Source: Heptranchias perlo (Eukaryota). From it: a stretch of 64,000 bases of DNA. Location of the stretch: contig NC_090340.1 of assembly GCF_035084215.1 (NCBI RefSeq), forward strand, positions 15,376,001-15,440,000, written 5' to 3'. The translations under genes were made by a program, and so were the position numbers. The notes beneath the pieces are model-generated. The model ran no database searches and was not told the DNA's origin. It was given only the letters and a program-made list of their open reading frames with translations. The first letter of the stretch is position 1, and every line of letters starts with the position of its first letter. Shown one piece after another: positions 14,004 through 27,009 of the stretch.

Positions 14004-16114
14004 AAGGATGAGCGCTCTGCCCAACACAGTATCCCCGCGGCACAAATCGCTTCTCTGGACCTGACTTGGCAAGGGCCAAGCAAGATAAGCGCGGGTCGGC
14101 CTGGCCGACCTGAACTAGAGATACTGACTTCACATCGGTAGCTGCAATGTAAATGCACTCTAACATTCAGTTCAATTAAAGACAATAAATCTTATCTTCA
14201 CTTGTTATTTATGGCTTTAGATAAGGGTGAAGTTACGGTGCAGATAAACCTAAACGTTTTGAGCATTTAGCTTCATTTGAAAGACCATTTGGTCCATCCT
14301 AGCTCAGCCATCTAAAAACCGACATTTCCCCTATTACAGAATTTAATTCCCCCTGAAATGATTTCAGAGTGATGCCTCCACTTCAGTACCCCATGTCCAC
14401 CTCCCTTTGAGATCAGACTTTGTATAAAGAAGAGCTTTTCCTTATCTGTTCTCGTGATGTGGGTTACATCTGCAAGGCTGCATTTATTGTCCATTCTAGT
14501 TGCCGGATACAAATTGGCGGTGGGCCTTTTCGTACCGATTTTCTTTCTGTGCTGATGGTTAGATAGGGAATTCCAGGATTTTGACCCAACAATGATGAAG
14601 TAACGGCGACGTGTGTCCAATTCAAGATGACGTTCCCATATCGTTGCTGCTCTCATCCTGGTCATGGTAGAAGTCGAGGGCCTGGGAGATGTTGTCCAAT
14701 AAGAACTTCTTCATATGAGTCCTAAATCAGCTTGCGGCCCGGTAGCCGGATAATAGATTCGGTTTACACAGCGTTTTGCACACGGCCGTCGATATCATGA
14801 ATTTTAGCCAGTCAACCTGAAATTTTATGACCACTATATTTCCGTCTTTTTGAAATAAACATCCGAAGCTGTAGATTTGTAAGTTATGTGAGTCCTGCAT
14901 GGGTAAAATTATTTTCATAAATGTATAACGTGATGCAGTCTACAGCAGAACGCGTCTTGCAACGGGAATGTGCTATCTCAAGACACAATGATAATGATAG
15001 CCTCGGCCTTAACCCTTCTAGAATTGTATAGACATGAATCGTATTAAACAGCAACTGATTATTCTGTGTCATATTGCTACAACAGGAAGCTAACTTTTTT
15101 TGGAATGATTTTAGGAAAGGAAATTCTTGGCAAGGCTTTTCGTGGGTGACAAAGGTCACTATAATTAACAGTTTGCAAAATCTCCAAGTTCACTTTCGTG
15201 TCAAACATTTATTCTCCCATCAGCAGCTCTGGATTGTCCGTAAAGGTCAAGGTCGTCAAGAGTTGAACATGCCCATATCTAGGGAGACGCTGACCTCTCC
15301 GACACCCCTGGAGAGGACAGTAGAAATCTCATCTAATAATCGTTCTCATTCTCACCTACAGCCTCTCTGTCCCTCGCACCATTGTTTTCCTATACTATCA
15401 CATTACCAACCGCTCTGTTGCAAATGTTTCCCTCTTTTCCTCCTAAGCTGCAAATATGCCATCTAGCACGCTCTTCCGCATTTATGCATCCTCAACCAGT
15501 TGAATTCAAGACTGGTTCCTTCTGAAGACGTCCAAACTATCCTCAGTCTTTCCTTCCTCCAATAATCGTCAAGATTTTAAAACCTCTGCTTGCCATTAAT
15601 AATTATTAACTCCTGATTCATCTTGTTTTCTCTCTTACATTTTTCAACCTCAACACTGATCATGCCCGCTCACCTTGTTTTCTGAATTTTTAAAAAAGTT
15701 AACATGCTGGGTGTATGTGACACTGTATTTAGAACATTGGGAAATTCGACGGTCCTTTCTGTCACAATCTCAGACGCCCATAAAGATGCATTGGCCAGCT
15801 CCATTGATTTGATCATTGCTGTTACCAAATACAACTTATTATGAAAGTTAAAGATATCTTTCAACATACATGCTGGATAAATGGGTCTGAGGTTGCCCTG
15901 AAATAACGTTGGGTGGTGTGATGAGGCTGTAATCGACATGAAGCAAACATCTCTATTTCACTCTTTAAACTCGGCCATTGGCACCGCTGTTTCAGGCATG
16001 TAGCCTCTCACGTCATTGACTCATAGATCTCACCAGGTTTTATACCGCCTTATTTCTCCAAACTATTAGAGTTTCGTGTTTGTTGTCTTCAAACCGCCAG
16101 TACCCGTCAGTGAA

Positions 16115-19100
16115 ATGTCTATGAGGTCTCTGCTTCAGAGCACACAGCTCATGGGAATTATTTACATAGGTATTTTCCTTAGTTCACTCTTTGTCTCTCT
16201 CTCTCTGAAACTCTCTCCGCGATTTTATAACTATAACTAATGTTCATTTTGTTAACAGTTGCTGCCGATACACTGTTTAAAGTGACCCAGGCCCCTGAAA
16301 ACACCAATTCGATCGTTGGTACAAATATTGCCTTCAATTGTACATTTCCCAGTGTTCCAGACGATTCAAATGTGAATATATATTGGTGGAAACTTGGCGA
16401 AAAGGAATTGATTCAACCAGGCTCAGACAGCAGGAAACGATTTAATAATGAGAAAGGAAGAGCCTCCTTCCAGCTCCTGAATGTCAGTGTCCTGGACTCT
16501 GGAGTCTATTACTGCTTAGTGACACTTTTGGGGGACAGGGCTGAAAATGGAAGTGGATCAAAGCTTGTCGTCAGTGGTAAGCATATTGTAAAGAGCGGAT
16601 CGACTGTATAGTCTCACAGTTATTCATAATAAATCAATTACGGCATTCTCTCTCTCGCTCTCGTGTTGTTTTAACATTTCCATTAGAAATCAAAAATTTA
16701 AATTATGGAGAATCGAGTTATGAAATACAACACGTTTAGCACTGTGTACTGGTTTTCAATCTATATTAATCGATTTATTAATAATTATTTATGTTATTTC
16801 ATCCATGTACATTTGCGCAGGAAGCGTGTTCATGCCATACCGGTGTGAATACAGATTGCGAAAAATCTTGAAAGATTTTCAGTATAAATAACATTTCGAT
16901 TGGAATTATTTGAATATAACCTGAACAATTTAAAAACTGCAGTTTGATGATCATCTAAAGGAGAAATTTCATCCTAAACTTGCTATTATCAGGCATAAAG
17001 TCTAATTTCAATTATAAAATTAATACAGAAGTTACTCCACGTGATAAAGAACTTGCACTTATTTAGCGCCTTTCAAGGCGTTCAAAAAGCGCTTTACAAC
17101 CAGTGAAGTATTTTTGAAATGTAGTCACTATTGTCATGTAGGAAAATGTGGCAGCCAATTTGCTCACAGCAAAGTTACACAAACAGCAATGAGACAATGA
17201 CCAGGCAATTAATGATGGTACTTGAGGGATAAATATTGGCCAGGGCAACAGGACAACTTCTCTGCACGTCTTCGAATCGTGCTGTGGGATCCTTTATGTC
17301 CACCACAGAGAGCAGAGGGGGTTACATTTTAACATCTCATCGGATGGCACTCCCCGCAGTTCTTATTTTCCAGTTATAAATGACTCTCTCACGCCGAAGT
17401 AACCCGTGAAATGAAGGTTTCGCCTTTAATTAATAGCCCCGATTGTGATTTTAAAAATTTATTGCAAACCGTACGAGTAACACGAATCAGAGAACTGAAG
17501 GCTGCAAATTGAATTCCTTTCGTGGTTGGGGATAATTGGGAGGAAGGATGTTTGTCGAAGGCGTTTTGTCGCCGCTGTTTATTTATCGGGTTACACTCAG
17601 TAACGGAGCGGGGGGCGGGGGGAGGGGTGGGTGGGGAGGGGAGTGGTTGGGGGAGGTGGTGGGGGGCGCCCGGGCGGGTGTGGGCTTGCGATTCCTCTTC
17701 TCACTGTACTGAGCAACACTGTGTGAGCGCATTCTGAACGTTTTGTCGGGTCGGCAATACCGGGCATAGAAAGTCCGCACAAACGCATTTGTTATTCGCT
17801 GCAGAGACCAGAGCAATGCTTCCCCATGCTTTCCAATTCTTGCAAATAGCGGGAAAATACTGGAAAGTCAGGTTTCGAGATTTGATACAGGGAACAATGT
17901 AAATCATGAACACAATCTATATTAATTAAAATTAATTTGTTCGCTTCAACATAAAGAAACAGATATTTAGCTCTCTGATACTGTTATAGCCGATCTGAAC
18001 TCATATTTCTCCATTTGGAAGGCTCCGTCACAAAAGGGAATAAAGTTCTAAATTGCAGAATATAGCAAGTATTAACTTTCTTCTTTGCTCTTTCACCAGC
18101 TCCCCCAACTCCCCTGAGGATTGTCTCCAAAGCATCTGAAACCAATGTATCTGGTTCTTTCACTCTCGTTTGTGAAATGGCTGCATTTTACCCGGAGGGA
18201 CTGACTACCACTTGGTATAAAAATGATAGAAGCCTTGAGATTGGAATACGTACAACTAAACAGCTCACTAGAGCCGGGATGTATGAAGCTTCCAGCTATT
18301 TTGAAGAGACACAGCCTGTCCAGGGAGGGACTGTTTATGTCTGTCTGGTTTCTCACGTGACCCTCCAGATTCCAGCCATGGCGATTTACTTGGTTCCAAA
18401 TTCTAGTGCAGGTAAGATGTCACTTTTCTTACAAAAACAAACATCTGTCAGTAATCTGTGATTGCTTTATTGCCCAATAGGGGGAAATTTGCCGTATACA
18501 TCATTGAAAGGGAAACATGTTGGAAATTTCGTTACAAATATCCCCAGCGTTATTTTTTTTTGTAAAATTACATCAATATTAAGAATATTGCAATTGATTG
18601 TTCATTTCAAGACCATTTAGATTTTCAGTTCCTGACCTACCAAATTCTGCGGAATGGTTACAACCTTTACAATGGGCGGAACTTTCAATTTTGGTGGGGC
18701 GTAAAACTGGCGGTATGGGATCGTCTGAGTGTTACAAACACTGCTCGAATTTCCTTTCCATTTGTTTCCACGCGCCTGCCGAAGTTGAAAGTTTCGCCCA
18801 ATGCACGTGCACCCCGTCAGTTCAGTAAATCTTTCAACCGGAAAATATTTCTATACAAGATTATTTTTTCCCCATTAGGTCACGTTTATTGATCAATATT
18901 CACACTTCATTCAAACCGCGTTCAGTTTCCCACCCCAGATCAAGCACCACTGATTTAGCGCCACATGATCGAAACGCCAAGCAGCTTAATTTGGTTCAGA
19001 ACAAGTCGGTCACATGAGTGCTGAAGTTCTTTACTCTGAAGTTTCAACTGAGTAAGAAATTCACTGATCCCACTTTGGCAAATGTATATGTGATCATTTC

Positions 19101-22100
19101 CAGTGTTCGCTATTTCTAGTGAAATGGGAAACGGGTACAAACCAAAGTTTTGTTGGGGACCAAATACTGGCTGTGTATTTCTTCTTGAAATAGTGACGGT
19201 CATATAGTTTTGAATAAATGGGGCGTAGATGAAATAAAGGGACGGAGGGGGAAATTTCACAAACATATTCTGCAGAGAAAAAAATCATGGCTGGACACAT
19301 CTAAGAGGAAATCTTCACAAAAGAAGTTACGATATAAACACACATAGTGACGAGGGCAATTGTTATTTGAATTAATTAACTACTTAAAACTAAAATTTAA
19401 GTTTTAGTCTTAACAATATAAACTGCTCTTGTCCCACAGGGTGACAAACAAACACAGAGACTAGAAACCGGTCAGCCTTCCAGAGACATAGAACAAAAAG
19501 GGGGTGAAGCGGTAGCGCAAAATGGGCCATAGTGAATCTGCCGGCAGCTTTACACTGCGCCCATTTTGTTTCCCATTAGCCCGTTTTCCGATGGGTGATA
19601 AATATGATCCCCCCTCCCCCCACTTTCCATAGTTTTAAACAGCGATGAATCAGCCAGTTTGATTACCCATGCTAAACTGCGGGGATACTGAAGATGTGAA
19701 CAATTGTTCAAATATTAGATTCTGTATAGGGCTCTGACTACCAATGGCATCCGTCACAATGCACAGCTCCACATGTGAATTTTATATTAATCTTGCAGGC
19801 AGTGACAGTACTTCGCCCTCGCCTTATTTACGGATCATTGGATTGGCGGGGTTTGCATTGGCGTTTCTGGTGCTGGTGATCACCATTGGAATGTCGTTCA
19901 GATTAAGTAACTGTAAAGGTAAGATATCGCCCGATGGTTTAATTTAAACAGAAAATACAACGAACAGAGAGGGCTAGTCAGCAGGGAGAGAGGATTTATC
20001 TTCGCTATAACTTAAAGGTCAGAAGTTTTGTCGGCGCGGGAATAGAGCTCTGGTGCTTGTTGAATATTGAAATCGGTTTGTGGTCCTGAAATTGATCTTA
20101 GAATGGTATTAATTTAAAGATGGATTGTATTCCCGCTGCGCCGCCTCCCACCTCATCCAGATCCGGAAATCTGTTCTCTCTTATCTACAGGGTTAACTAT
20201 ACTAGGGGATGAGCACATCTTAAATTCCTCTCTCCACTACTTTAGGCAGAGGTGTCAGCCCGTTTATGTTTTAGCAGTGAGAGCAATTTCGCATTAGTAT
20301 TGGTTAACGAGTATCCCACTGCGTAAATCCAGGATGCGGAACTTTTACGATTTTTTTTGGACTTTGCCCTCACTCCAAGTTGACCTTCGCTGTACTTGCT
20401 GAATCACATCGTGCATCATTCACAATGAACTTTTGAATTTTGTGCTTTACTAGGCAAAGAGAGGAAAGATGAAGCAAACATTTGTGAAGAATCCGTAAGT
20501 TTATAACATTCACCCGTTGGATTTTTTTAAGTGTAATGTGATCATTTTGTGTTGAACTGAGAACTTTTCAATTGTATTTCAGGCCAGGATAACTCTTTTG
20601 TAGCTTTACTCTTTATGTAAGTTTGCATCCTTCTCCAGCTGACTTACATCAGACTGGTTCATCGATCCCTGTCAGCATGAAGTACTCCCAAGTCAAGTTT
20701 GGCGCAGAATTCGTAACGAAATCTGTTGTCCAGGCACTAAATGTACTCAGTCTGCCCAGGTCCAGGAGTAGCGTACTGCGTGTCAGGGTCAATAACATAG
20801 TCTGGGGACACCCCAAGTGTTGGCTCGCCCCGTAACAGGGTCTAGTGCCGGGTTAGAAAGAGAGGAGATTTGAGCGAAGCCCATGGCCGCAGACCTCTGA
20901 GAGCTGCAGCCAGCAGATTCCAGAGCACGAAGAGTGGCTTGGTAACTTGGAAAAAGTATCCAACTTACCTTTTAGGGTTCTGGTTTGGTTTGATTCAAGA
21001 CCTTTTCAGGCTGCCAAGTCTGAGGAGAGGAGGGGATTCCGGCGCAAGCCGAACGCCATCTTGATGCGGCACCCTTGGTACCGAGAATTCTTCGTATAGG
21101 AAAAAGGTGGACGATCAGGAGCTCCCTCTCCGCTAAAGGACGCTGCGTTTCCTGCAGCCCGCTGATCCTAGGGCAACGTAACGGGGGTTAGACCCTGCGT
21201 AATTGGTCTCTATTCCCATTTTCCTGTAATTTGCCCCCAAGAACTAGTCATTTCCCAAAGGCAAAGATCCGGAAGATCGACCTTAAACGAAAATCATACC
21301 TTTAGGACGCACTATAGATGTTTTACCTTTAAAACTCGATATCCTTTCTCCTGAGATTGGCTGCTTAGATTCAATTCGGCACGGTCCTGCACCAGCAACA
21401 ATTTTCTGCCCTACTCCCCCCACCCCCACCCCCACCCAAGGTGAGCTCCTCACTGCAAGTGGAAACCCAGCTTGGGGGTCTCCAAGGAAATTTTAAAGGT
21501 TGCCCACGGAAATATTGCTGGGGCCAACGGCCTGCTAGTGACTGTCCACAAAGGCCGCTGCACCAAATTAACAGGTTTACGTGTTATGCATCATGTAAAT
21601 CTTGCTTGAGGCATATAGAATGATTACATTTATACTCCACGCTTGGGGCACCCCGAGTGGTGTGAGGCGATGTCTTGGAGCAGGGTGTGGCATTTCAGAA
21701 TTTGTGCGTTAAATTGAAACGTTTGTGTTGCTATGCAAACAAAACCAGTTCATATCGACGGAAATTGGCGCTATTTCCGACATTACAACTGCAACTACAC
21801 TTCAAAAGTACTTTATTGTCTGTAAAGCGCTGTGGGCCGTCCTGATGCCCTCAAAAGGGCTAAATAAATGTAAGTTCTTCCTTCTACGTTCAGCGTTTGG
21901 AAATAAATTTAAGTTCCCAGGGCCTCACTAATATTTATATCACTCGAATGATAGCTGGGATGGAAGGTTTTAGTTTTGAGGAGCGAATGGAGAAACTTTT
22001 TCCGCTAAAACTAAAGAATGTCAGAAGAAGATCTGATAGAAGTGTTCAAATTATGAAGGATCTTAAGAAAGTAAATAAGGCATATCTATTTCCTGTGACC

Positions 22101-22833
22101 CATGAGTCGGCAACTAGAGGACATAAATTTAAGATCATCACCAAAAGGACGTTGGTAGGAGAATTGTTATTTTGCCAGAGAGTTGGGACATGAAATCCCT
22201 ACCAGAACCCGCTGGTGGAATCAGAATCCATAAAAACATTTAAAAGAGGAGCGGATAAATATTTTTTTTTAAAACAAAAGGTTATGGGGAAAGGACATGG
22301 GAATAAGACTAATTGGATACCTCTTTCGGACGGGCGGCACAGGCAAGAGTATGTAAAATTCTATGAATCTAACACGATATCACACACATGACTTGTGAAA
22401 CAGTGGATGTAATGAACAATAAATACTGTATATTGTAGACACTGTCTTCTGGATAATTGAAATATATTAACAACCATTATGGATTTGGGATGATCTATAG
22501 CTTTACTTCCAAAGTACTTATTATAGGGGAATGGATGTGTTGTAAATAAAACGGGTGTTGCCAGAGGTAACTTGCTAACTCAATAATATAAATGTGATAA
22601 TCTAAAGACTACTCAAGTAACATGAGGACCGTACTCTATTTCACAAAGCATTATGTAGATTTATGAAGTTAACGAGATAACGTTACAACACATTGCTTTT
22701 ATAGAACATGCAAACAGCAGTTGATAACCCGATGATTTACGCTGCCGTCATTCTGCCTGGTTCTAAGAAAAATGGAAAACCTAGAAGGAAGGAAAAGAGC
22801 ACAGAGTACTCCGAGATGAAGACGATACACTAG
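16115..22833 (+). CDS. Gene B: leader-VJ-C1-TM(Arg)-ITIM/ITSM-like IgSF receptor, about 324 aa
   Basis: GT-AG exons 16115-16169 (leader MSMRSLLQSTQLMGIIYI), 16259-16576 (V), 18100-18411 (C1), 19799-19918 (TM: GSDSTSPSPYLRIIGLAGFALAFLVLVITIGMSFRLSNCK), 20454-20494 (GKERKDEANICEES) and 22705-22833 (NMQTAVDNPMIYAAV...KSTEYSEMKTIH*). Total 975 nt, in frame. Confidence 0.85.
16259..16576 (+). CDS. Gene B VJ-type Ig V-domain exon
   Basis: FNCTFP...YWWK...LLNVSVLDSGVYYC...ENGSGSKLVVS: canonical C-W-DSGxYxC plus a J-like GxG G strand in one phase 1-1 exon. Confidence 0.92.
17045..17360 (-). mobile_element. Deu-domain SINE fragment (SacSINE1-like)
   Basis: Similar to 46020-46470 (CCTGGCCAATATTTATCCCTC core). 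Confidence 0.65.
18100..18411 (+). CDS. Gene B Ig C1-set exon
   Basis: TLVCEMAAFYPEGLTTTWYKN...YVCLVSH: C1-set signatures FYP, W and YxCxVxH; phase 1-1. Confidence 0.92.
21925..22370 (+). mobile_element. CR1 3' fragment
   Basis: TRGHKFK ORF2 C-terminus and TTCTATGA tail. Confidence 0.75.
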
Positions 22834-23769
22834 AGGAGAGAAGCACCGATCGTCTATACAGAACCAAGATTCGAACTATACCAATTATAGATGTAGTCGC
22901 CATTTTACTTCTCTACGTTGGCCGTATCTATCTACGTGAAATACAATGCCCTCTGCTTTCGTCAACGTCAGTCCTTATTATCACCCAGAATAATCCCAGC
23001 CCAATATTACATCTACAGCTTTACTAGAATAGTACTTGTTATAAGCGAATATTATTTTGTAAATTGAATAAGTGCTGATTTCGTTCATTAGATGTTGTGG
23101 ACGGTTAATATAATTATACTTTCATGACTGCCAATCCATAACTGTTCTCACCCTGTATACAAGTAATCACAAGAAAGCAACAGCTTCCTTATTTTAAAGA
23201 TTCTTATTCAAAGTTAATGTTTATTTCTTCCCAGTGACATTTTATTTCATGTCTGCTATAAATTGATTACCTTGTTTTTATAAAATGTTCTGCAATCTGC
23301 CACAAATACAGTCAAGAAGAAAGATAAAATATATTTAGGGGCTCCTCAAAGTGGAAGATTTCTTTACGGAACATATGGGGCGTCCACTTCGAGCATTCCT
23401 CACTTCCAGGTTGAGTGTCATGTAGCCAGATGTAGCACACAGCTGGTTTTACCCTGTTCCTGCCCCTTAGCCCAAACGTCAGATGAGCACTACCAACAGG
23501 TAGAGATATTTCCATTTCCCTCCTACACCTCCCTTCGCCCACCTCCTGCGGGGCTACTGAATGGAAAATTCATCTCTAATTGCAGGCATCTTTTTTTCTG
23601 TTTTAGGCTCCTGGCCAATAGAAATTGATCTACGGCCATCCCACGCGCGTTTCATGTAGGAAGCTCCGGGAGGAAGAGAATAGAAAGGGAGACTTCGATC
23701 CTTGACCCAGGCATGCATTCACCCAGAGCTGAAAGTATAATATATCAACTCACCACAACAGCTAGTTCT

Positions 23770-24560
23770 TCATTCTTGCTATCATTGTATGTTGTCCTGC
23801 GACTGACCTCACGAAAGACAAAGGTTATGCTGATCGCCTCCTACCAGAATTTCGGTGCTTTACCCGTTAATTCCATCCGCATCCAGATTACACCTGACAG
23901 TGCATTACATAGCAAGCTCAACCCTGAACTGAGCTTGGAGTCCGACATCCAGTCGGTGACCAAACCACCTACTTGGAGTTCCATAACATCACCTGTCCCA
24001 ATCACTAGCTCACCCACGACCTCTAAAATCCTTACCCGTGTCTTTGCCACTTCGAAACTGGACTTTTCCGAGGCCTTTCCGGGCAGTCTTCTAAGTTTCA
24101 CCCCAGCCCCATATACTGGATCCAGAACTCCGTGCCACATTCTTTCCTTGAAAATTGCCATTCACTAATATCCCTGTCAGTCATGACCCGCATTGCCTCC
24201 CTTTGCCTCTGTGGATGGACTTCAAAATCCTCATCCTTATCGACAAATATCCCCATAGTCTCACTGCACGACATGTCTCCTCCAACCTTGCTCTCAACTA
24301 TTGCTTTCCAATTCCGCTCTACCACATATCCCATCCTCCCATCCGTAGCAGAGTCGCCAGTCATCTGGACTACAGCACATGGAGTTATCTTCCTAAACAT
24401 TACACCATCCTACATCTCATCCACTTTCAAAGCAATCTCCGGGACGGTGCCGCCGACCACCTACTCTAACGTTCTTCTTGCTTCAGCTTGGATCTGACGT
24501 ACAACTGTGAACCCCTTTGGAGCATCTTTCTACAATAAATGCGCTGCATAAATGTAAACT
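23770..24560 (+). mobile_element. L2 LINE 3' fragment
   Basis: Degenerate L2-type RT C-terminus (LNPELSL..IQSVTK; VFATSKLDFSEA) and L2-like tail. Confidence 0.65.
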
Positions 24561-27009
24561 GTTGTCTGTAAATAGGCATGAGACATAATTAATCAAGGTA
24601 GAGATGAAGTAGATATTTATATACTAAGAAAGCAGCTCTCCATATTATATAGAATCACATAGAAGGTACACACACCTATTCGGCCCAACAAGTCCATGCC
24701 GGTGTTTGTGCTCAACATGAGCCTTCTCCCTCCCTCTCTACTTCATCTAACCCTCTCAGCATAGCCTTCTGTTCCTTTCTCCCACACGTGTATATCTTGT
24801 TTCCCCTTAAATGCATCTATGCCAGTCACCTCAACTATTCCTTATGGTAGCGAGTTCCACATTCTAACCACACTCTGGGTAAAGAGGTTTCTCCTGAATT
24901 CCCTTTGGATTTATTAGTGACTATCTTATACTTACTTCTGGTCTCCTGCACAAGCGAAAACATCTTCTCTATGTCTACCCTATCAAACCATTTCATAATT
25001 TTAAAGACCTCTATCAGATCACCACTCACACTTCTCTTGTCCATAAAAGAGAGCCCAGACTGTTCAATTTTTCCTGATAGGTATAACTTCTTCATTGTGG
25101 TATCATCCTAGTAAATCTTTTTGCACCTTCTCCAGTGCCTCTATATCCTTTTTATAATATGGAGACTGGAACTGTTCACAGTGATCCAATTGTGGTCTAA
25201 TCAAGGTTATATACAATTTAACATAACTTCTCTGCTTTTCAATTCTATCCATCTAGAAATGAACCCCAATGCTTGGTTTGCTTATTTCATGGCTTTATTC
25301 ATCTGTGTCGCTATTTTTAGTGATTTGTGTATCTGTACCCCCAAATCCCTATGCTCTTCTACCCAATTTAGACTAATTTTCCAAGTAGTATGTGGTCTCC
25401 TTATTCTTCCTACCAAAATGTAATACCTCACATTTATCTATATTGAAATTCATTGTCAATTACACGTCAATTCTGCAAGTTTATTAATGTCTCCCTGCAT
25501 TTTGTCGCAGTCCTCCTCAGTATTAACTATACCCCCCAAAATTTGGTGTCATCTGCAAATTTTGAAGTTATACTGCCTATTTTTGAGTCCAATTCATTTA
25601 TGTAAATGTTGAACAACAGTAATCCCAGCACTGATCCTTATCGAACACCAGTTCCCACCTTTTGCCAGTCTAAGTAACTTCCTTTAAACCCTACTCTCTT
25701 TTCTGCTTTGTAGCCAGTTTGCTATCCATTCGGCTACTTGTTCCCTAACTCTACATGCTCTGACCTTAATCAGGAAACCCCTATACGATACCTATCCAAA
25801 GGCCTTTTGAAAGCCAAATATATTACATCTACTACATTACCCTGGATAACCCTTTGCATTACTTCTTCAAATAATTCAATAAGTTTGGTCAAGCATGACC
25901 TTCACTTTTGAAATCCGTGCTGACTATTCATTATTATATTTTCAGTTTCTGGATGTATTTCTATTACATCTTTGAGTAATAGTAAGGATCCCATTATCTT
26001 TCCTACCACCAACGTTAAGCTAATTGGTCTATAGTTCCCTGAATTAGTTCTATCTTTCTTTTTAAATACAGGGATCACATTAGCTGTTTGCCAGTTCTCT
26101 GGCACTACCTTCTTTCCGAGTGAATTTTTATTAGTGTAATAGCTATCTCTGCTATCTCTTCCCTAACTTCTTTTAGTATGCATGGGTGCAATCCATCCCA
26201 AACAGGGGTTTTGTCCTCTCTAAGTTTGATTAGTTAATCAATTAGTTCCAACTTTCCATCTTAAATCTCTTTACATTTTTTTCCCTTCTTCGAATGCCAT
26301 GCCCACCACATTAGTCTCACTTGTAAATTGCAAAGCAATTATTTAATATTTCTGCTACTTTGCTCTCATTACCTGTGAGTTTATCGTGTGTATACCTGAG
26401 TGGCCTTAACCCTATCCTGATTTTTCTTTATTATTCATGTGTCTGTAGAAACCTTTACTGTTTCTTTTTATATTCCTTGAGAATTTAAATTTGTAGATGC
26501 TCCTAGCCTTCCTCATTGTTTTTATGACTTCTTTCCTAACCTTTTCATCTTCAATATTTCATCCTCTCCTTTGTTGTCTACTTACTTAATGTATGCCTTT
26601 TTCTTTAGTTTCAATTTTGCCCTTATCTTTGTATTCATCCATGTTGTATCATTACTGGCTAGTTCGTTCATGGTTTTACGTGGGATACATTTCTCCTGAA
26701 CTCAATTGATCACCATTTTAAATGTTTCCCACGGGTGTTCTATTGCCTTGTTTATCAGCAAATGTTTCCAGTTTATTTTCCACAGTGCCATTTTCATCCC
26801 AGCAAAATCAACTTTTTTCAAATCTATTACTTTGGTCTTTGTCTTACTTATGTCCTTTTCAATCGTTAGCTTGTAACTAATGATGTTGCGATCGCTGTTG
26901 CCTAGATGTTCACCGATGCTTACTTCTCTTATCTGTTCTGGTTCATTTCCCATTACGAAGTGTTGAGTTGCCTACTCCTGTTCCTATGCTTCACTGAATG
27001 CATAAAAGA

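Noticed and set aside
16259-18411. Rearranging Ig light chain/TCR/IgNAR locus
   Set aside because: The V exons already include the J-like G strand. No heptamer/nonamer RSS or separate J segments were seen, and the genes end in TM plus signalling tails.
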